Assembly (NCBI GenBank): GCA_000934665.2
Contig: KZ538160.1
Coordinates: 62,001-117,166, forward strand
DNA: 55,166 bases
Direction: 5' to 3'
DNA from: Catajapyx aquilonaris
Taxonomy: Eukaryota
The position numbers were made by a program, and so were the translations under genes. Positions 48,001 through 55,166 of this stretch are shown here, piece after piece; position 1 is the first letter of the stretch, and the number at the start of each line of letters is the position of its first letter. The notes beneath the pieces were generated by a model that was not told where the DNA came from, searched no databases, and saw only the letters and a program-made list of their open reading frames with translations.

Positions 48001-48570
48001 TGTGGTTGGGTGTGTGTGTGGGCATGTGTGTGGTTGTGAGAGAGTGGTGGTAGTGAGCTGTTTGTTGAAAACTTCATACTCGCTACACCTGCACGCGACA
48101 CACATGTACAGTACAGTCATATACTGGTCTATACAGTAGTTAGATAACGTCACCAAAATAGCCGATGATCATTATCCCCCCTTCACCTCATTTTACGAGC
48201 AATTTTGCCTGCAGTGGAGAGTCGGGCAGTAATACTAGCATTGTTTTGGGCACTTTTAAAAGGCAGTCCTGACAAAGCAAATTAATTAATCTACGACTGC
48301 AGTCTGTTCACCGGCGGCTAAATTTCAATATTAGGCTTATTCACAGTGTGTGAACATTCGTTTGAAAATGTGCTGCACTCTCGGTGCTCAAATGATAGCG
48401 CTATATAGCAGCGCACTGCATGTATTATGCAACGCAGTAGCATTTGTCATTGCGAATAAGTGATATTTTTGAACAATGTGTTACTCTTCCCAAGCTGGCC
48501 ATATATGAAGGGGGACTGGAAAAATTTAATGTGAATTAATCATTCCTGGTCCGGCGACAGGAATATTATA

Positions 48571-48898
48571 CAGGGTGTCCCATCTTTTTTGTCCGAACGG
48601 TTATCGAAAAATTGCGCGTAGCTGCTACTTTTTAAGCAGTGACTTGCAAACGGTGATTTTTCGGAGGAACGGGGAATAGGCTATTCCCTGCGAATCGTAG
48701 GTTGAAGTGGCATACTTGCTGCCCGCTGAAAATTGACGGTCAAGCTTGGAAAAAAGAGGGTCACACATGCCATGGGATGTGTGACCCTCTTTTCCCCCAT
48801 TCCCCGTTCCTCCGAAAAATCACCGGTTGCAAGTCACTGCTTAAAAAGTAGCAGCTACGCGCAATTTTCCGATAACTGTTCGGACAAAAAACACCCTG
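48571..48898. mobile_element. Mariner-like MITE, copy 2 (inverted relative to copy 1)
   Basis: TA|cagggtgtcccatc... with TIRs at ~48571-48677 and ~48799-48898. The internal segment is the reverse complement of copy 1. Confidence 0.92.
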
Positions 48899-51864
48899 TT
48901 ATAGGAAGCAACACCCCTCCCCTCCCGCCTCTTCAAATGCCAAAAGTTAAATATGTCGACATATCAAGTGTAATATTCTTAGCAATGATGCATTAGAGGT
49001 TATAACATGTCATTTGTGGCCAAAAGTGTAAAATGTTGCAAAATATCTACAAAAATGTAGGAGGTGCCCAGTATATGCTTTATCATATGGCTTTATTTTT
49101 AAACAGACCCTGAAAAATATAGGTCATATTCAAGCTCGATTGTACCGTAAGATTTGCCCATATCAGAAGAATAAATGCAATTCAATACACTTCTGAGAGC
49201 TATGATGTCAAGGGAATTGGGATTTGAAGTTAAAGACATGGCAGAGCACGTACAATCCCAAGGAAAAAAATCACTCTAGAAATATTAGAACTCTGCCGAC
49301 CAAAACGTGCTCAAACCTTTGAAAAAACTGGAAGAAAACTATCATCTATACAAAGACAAACAAACACTATATCTGGAAGTGTTTGGAGCCAAAGAAAGGT
49401 TTAGTTCTGGACCCAAAATCGAATCCTACCGGGCTAACCTACGCTTATTGGAACCGGACCTTTCGCATCTACAGGTGTAATTCTGCGGACCCTTATCTTC
49501 TCACAAACTACTAATGCCCTCGTTTAAGAGATACCTCGTAAGAGCTGGAGCAAATTTTAGACCTATAGCAATGTACTTAAATGGCACAATCTTTAGGCCT
49601 TTCGTGTTAGAAGTGGCCTAATGCAACCGTAACTGGCTAATGCAAATTGGAGCAAATATGAACACAAGCTTACAAAAATAATCAAAAACTCGAACAACAG
49701 TTCATATTTTAACCACCACAACAGCCTAACTTATTATACATCATGTTTAGTTAACCTGCAGTCTTCACGCATATACACAATAAAAACACGTTTGTTCTCT
49801 CCAACTCGAAAAGTACAGCAAAGAATCAGCAACCAAATGACACTGCGGATGGGTAATCTAATTATATAGTACCAGCCAGTACAGAAATTAGTTCATTATA
49901 AATATCCAACTTTCTCCGTGTATAAAAATAGCGCCATTAAAATGCAGCGAGTTTATCCAGCAAGGGTCTAAAGTATAATTAATATGAACACCCACCAATG
50001 ACATATGAGCGCGTGTATCCTCGCTGCCTCATGAACCCTGCCAACCGAAACAGGTACGTCATCCATGCCTAATTTCATACGCGTTTCACCATGTTATTTT
50101 AACTATGCCAGTTTCCACTCCCCACCAATATTCAAAGTTGGAAGCGAATCTTGGCTAGACTCGAAAAAGACACTAGTTAGGTCTCTCTCTACCCTATATG
50201 ATGATGGCAAGGGCGGGGACTAATGGAAGGGCGGATTTTGGCACGGCTGCAGTGCTCTGGACCGATACTTGCATCCCGTGGCTCATTAAATCATTCATCA
50301 CGGACATGGAACTCCACTGTCCCCCCTTTTTCTCAGAATCAATATGGTCCCCACATTCATCGGTTGCCAATGTTCTAAAACGAAGAGCCCCATCCTATAC
50401 CCTACAGATACATTGGCTCAAACTTGCTAATTAAAAGCCCCTGCCAGCCTTCTTCCCAATGCTATGCCACGTGACACTAAAGGATTTATTTCGACTAGCA
50501 GTCATTTCGATTCGGAATTGGGTTCGTGCCATTGGAACATTCACTTGTACGGACCGGTGTTTTACTTAATTGAAAATAGAGGGCGCTGTACACTTCCCGC
50601 TAGTAGGCAGCACCTTACAGCCATTTGCGGTTGAAACCTCTCCAGATTTATCCCTGTATTTTGTATGCTTCTCTCTAAAAAAAAAATGCGTGCAGTGCCA
50701 TCATTTAGCAGCAGGCCGGGTAGGAAAGCAATGGCAATTGTGGAGTGCGCCTATTCAGAGTGACAAAATGCTGGGACATAACGTAGAATGAGCAGACAAT
50801 TTGCAGTTTACAGCCTGAGCCGGTGCAGAGGCTTGTTCGCCAAGTGCTGCTGAGTGTGTTTGGACACAAACCCCAAACTCAGGCCGCAGCCAGCAAGGCT
50901 CTCAAAGGCGCCGTTGCTAACGAGACTAATGGGAAACGAGAGTAATAGAGCGGGAGAGGTGAAACTAGATCTGTGAATGCCTTGTTTCCGACTAGATGTA
51001 CCATGTATATGTTGCGCTAAGCAGGCGGAAGGAGTACTGCTTCTGGCCTGTCATTAAAAACCGGGGGAGGACTTCCCACTACCCAGTTTTTTCCACCGAT
51101 ATACAGTATCCTTTGTGGAAACCTGGCTTAGTCCTGTCTAATTATTTCCCAGCTAGCATTATGCGAGTCGGCTTCATTACTATGCCGCAGTCGCCCTTCC
51201 AGGACCCCACTTCATAAATACACTGTCTTGCCTACCCAAACTTGGCAAGTCCCAAAGGACCTCCAGCATCCTACACGCATGTGACTTACTGCCATCTTTT
51301 CTCACCTTTTGCCCGACACCTATTCGTACTGTGGCGGGCAGGGCAGCCTGCATGGCAACACGCTACTTTGCGCCTGCCCCTAACCCTTATCTGCTCTTTA
51401 ACTACTAATGTCCAGTTTCGTTTTCAAAATCTACTGAGCTTTCGAATAATTATGCACCTCACAACGCTTGGGATTAAAAAAAAAAAAATGTTGCTCGGTC
51501 TTTTGTAAGACCTTTTTCCTTATCTGGTTCATTATTTTTGACGTAAATTTCTTTCTCCTCCTTTGTCTTTCTAATTACGTCTGTCGTTATCTTTCATTTC
51601 CTTTCACTCTCCTTTATTGTGCTTTCATCCCGGTGTTTTCATCTCCTTTAATTCAAAGAGCTATCGCGCATCGTTTCGTTTTCAATCCCATAGTTTTACA
51701 CTTTTACTCGGATAAATTTTTTTTTGTCGTTTTATAGCCTGTGATGGCACACCTTGGGTTTCGATTCGCTGAATATTTTGTAACAAAACCTCATGTTGCA
51801 TGAGTTGTTTTAAATCACATTATTCTTTCTTACACATCAGTTACTTAGGATGTCATGTCCAAGA

Positions 51865-51867
<3 letters not shown>

Positions 51868-51915
<48 letters not shown>

Positions 51916-52126
51916 TACCCCGTTATCAGCCGGCGGCGGCTCTTTAGGGGGGATATTTTTTTTGACTGGAACTCTTCGTTTCGATTTTACTTCGCTTTTT
52001 GGGATAGGATAGGAAAGGAAGGAGGCGGCTGTGGCCTATTATTTTAGGAAGCAACTCCGGAATTCTCCTGGAGGAACCGTGGGAAACCACAGAAAACCAC
52101 GGTTAGAGTTGCCTGCACCGGGATTA
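51868..52126 (-). mobile_element. 5'-truncated copy of the tRNA-Asn-like SINE
   Basis: Reverse complement of ~22463-22744, with an (AAT)n tail. TSD tcatgtccaagatat (51853-51867) / tcatgtccaaaatat (52127-52141). Truncated at the B box. Confidence 0.92.
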
Positions 52127-52262
52127 TCATGTCCAAAATATGCTTAAATGCTTGCATATGTGAACTAAATCTACCAGGCCCTCTATCATTTCCCAAAGCG
52201 ACGGTAGATTAAATTTCCGAGGCCTATATAATATAAACGGGTCGTTTTAATGTTTAAACGTA

Positions 52263-52411
52263 CTATGGGGCTCAAATTGTTTTGGCCACTTTATCTTGGT
52301 CTTGAAGCAACCCTTCACATCACACAGACACACTTGCTCAACGTGGGGCCTGTGAGGAGGGTTGCTTCAAGACCAGGATAAAGTGGCCGAAACAATTTGA
52401 GCCCCATAGAG
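52263..52411. mobile_element. Palindromic Tc1-like MITE, TA-flanked
   Basis: TA|ctatggggctcaaattgttttggccactttatcttggtcttgaagcaaccct vs agggttgcttcaagaccaggataaagtggccgaaacaatttgagccccatagag|TA. Arms are ~55 bp. Confidence 0.85.
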
Positions 52412-55166
52412 TATGTGTCATGAACAAACTTAATCACTTCCCACAATAGGATATCGCTTGATATTTAGCTCCAATACCGTCGAGGTTCGATGTAAACGCG
52501 GAATATTGCAGAATTTCGGAAATATTTGGCCCGGCTTTGGCGTAACAAAAATATCAAAATAAAAAAAGATAAACACGATCGATTCTAAACCGAGGTAAGC
52601 AAACAAACACCAACGTGTCATTCCCCATGGACAAATAGCATTCTGTTAGTTTTTAAACCCAACTTACATACAACCCTAATATTTATTTAAACCAGCATTC
52701 ACAACTTCAGTCATTTTGGCTTCCATAAAAATTGCAATGCCTTTGTAGCCGGTTGGGTTTTAATGCGGCTTTTTCAGGCCTGAAAATCCAACCAGACCAA
52801 TCCCTTTGTACTGTAGTCAGTTTATATTTCCCTTCGTTTCAGACTAATACTCATAAATCACTTAATTTCCCAATAATGGTAATGCAAACATTTTATTATT
52901 CAGGAACCAACACACCACACTATTAACATGTTTCACCGCAAATACCACGCTTACACCCACATTATATTATGCTGAATATTGCATCAATATTTTTACCATT
53001 TTTAACAGATTACTACCTTGCTAACAAAAGATGTACCTTTACTGCCCGATAAACGCCTTGTAAACAATCATTCAGCTTGTTCATTACCATAATAAAATTA
53101 AACCCCATGTAAAATAATTGAAAAGATATCATACAAGTTGTGACCCCGTTGACAATCCAGAGGGCATGCGTCAATTTTGACCTGAAGTATTCTGCCAAGC
53201 TTCAACAATGTTTTGTGAAAATATTTGCTAATGCGCCGTGTGCGCAAGAGGTCATAGAGCAAATAAAGTTATGTTTACCCTAGGTAACCTTCGACCATTT
53301 TTACTCTGCGAAAATGAAGTGCGGAGGGGGCGGAGCCATTCATCAACCGAAAGTAGCGCTTTAAAAGTAGGCCTAGAGGGCAATAAATCAGTAGGTGCAG
53401 CTTATCAGGGAAATAATGAAGTTATTAAAGAGCGACGGAATTGTTCGCAATAAGATAATTATCATTTTCAGCGCTCAGAATACACGGTCGGCTGATACCA
53501 GCACCACACTATTACCTCCAGCCTTTTCATGGGGGGTGGGAGAAGTTAAAGGCCTGCAAGGTGCGGATTAATATGTCAGGTGTGGAGTACTGAGGGGTCA
53601 GCAATTCGTGCAAGACTTTCCGTGTTTCGAGGCTATGAAACACACTGTATAAGATTACCCAATTATGGGCGCTATATCTGCACCCCCCCCCCCCTCTCTC
53701 TCTTTCCCTGCACCCCCCTCAGACGCTGCCAACATTTCTGGTAAAATAGGCCACAATGGCATGCGAGGCTATTTCCAAAGCCCCGAGGGACATTCATCAT
53801 GCCCAATGNCCCCCACCCCCCCCCCCCCCCTCCCTCGCCATTTTGCTGTAGTGGTCGTTTGGGCCTCTCACGCTGAATATCCCAAGTGTGGTCTTCCTCG
53901 TATTGTTCGGGCACCCGTTTTCAGACCCCCCCTCTCTACTGCGTTTACTGTTACCGGTGCTAGAGAGGTTCGTTTCCACATTAACACCAACGGTGTACTG
54001 CATTACTTATGCCGCTTAGCTCTCTGCTGCCTAGGCCTATCTGGCTGCTGTTTGTTCCCAACTCGTACAACAACACCGCTGCATTTGCTGGCTGACCCCT
54101 TTTGCCCAAAATCTGAGTCCCCATGAAAAGCGGCGGCTGTGGAACATCGGCTGTGAAACGAGCAAACAAACATTTTCAACAAAAAAAAAAAATATATGGT
54201 GGGTGCGTCAATCATGTGTTACCTAGGCCTATTTAGTGATGTGGAGAATGTGGCAGAATCGAATTGGGAAAGTTCATCGAGGCATTTGCACCGGCAGCGG
54301 TCCAGAGGGCTTATGATGACGAAACAAATATCCCTTGAAATGTATTTTGACGCGATGTTGGCGGTCGTGTGTGTGTGGAGATCATTTTGTATCATGGCAG
54401 CGTCTTTCACCTGGTTGCGTCACATCCACCCATATTATAAAATTTTGCAGAATTTTTGTTACGTCATAACGTAACCCATGAATATCATGCTTAAGGAGTT
54501 GACATGAATTAACGTAAATCCTATCGACATAGCAGGCCACCGTTCAGTTGACCAGCAGACGAGGGCTTGTGGCCACACCGAGACTGTCGGAAGGGCTTTA
54601 TACGCTGTAGTTGGACACTGAACCACTTAGAAATTAACCTGCTGAGTAGCTACTTTAGGATCGACACTCCCGAAACAACTGCTGTCGACCGGTTCGACAA
54701 TGTCCACGCGGCTGAAGCGTAATGCGAACCAATTTGGCCTGCGTCGTTTTGCGCTCTCTTGAACACAATCTACTCCTAAGTTACAGCCTAGAACAAAATA
54801 CCTATACAAAAGTTTTAAATTAATCCATTTTTTTTTAAGTAAGCCTACTGGACCATCTGGTGTTTTAAAATTTTTTTTGTTACGCTGCATTGTTATAATC
54901 CTCCCTTCCTTTCCCCACACAAAAAATAAGCCCACCACACAATTTATAACGGGTGGTGCTAACAGCATTTGCAAATGGCGACAATACGCCGTCCAGCATA
55001 TGTAGCCTCGAGCGAGAGTATCCGCACTGCAAACCTTTGGGGCTTGCGGGACTTACGCCGCGTTTGCTTACCGAGTCAAGCAAACACCAGAAATGGCCCG
55101 AGTTTACTCGTATTATTCTAACCCGCTGCAGAGAATCGGACACTTCAAATGTCTCCTTGCCTCCAC

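Noticed and set aside
51800..52047. Poly-Ile and poly-Tyr ORFs
   Set aside because: These are translations of the SINE (ATT)n tail.

Overview
This is eukaryotic (metazoan, probably arthropod-like) non-coding DNA, consistent with a large intron or gene desert. I find no credible intact protein-coding gene, rRNA, genuine tRNA or CRISPR array. The ORF track looks like chance ORFs, apart from two possible heavily decayed LINE fragments. The structure I can support is a dense, nested transposon landscape. It includes TA-type (Tc1/mariner-like), 8-bp-TSD (hAT-like), TAA-type (PIF/Harbinger-like) and TTAA-type (Kolobok-like) MITEs, plus a tRNA-derived SINE family with several copies. The TEs cluster at about 11.3-12.9, 14.1-14.7, 21.8-23.05 and 25.7-27.7 kb, between TE-poor, motif-rich blocks that resemble enhancers. 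The most notable observations are: (1) a 3' stem-loop kept in structure but not sequence across four retroposon insertions; (2) a modular SINE with a swapped body; (3) a SINE whose target duplication rebuilt a MITE terminus; (4) a ~365-bp near-perfect inverted repeat nested in a Kolobok-like element; (5) a strong excess of TAGGCCTA words that may be excision footprints; (6) an unexplained triple hairpin at 40.4 kb. All calls were made by eye. Superfamily names are inferred from terminal and TSD signatures, not from database searches. I cannot claim a new biological system.
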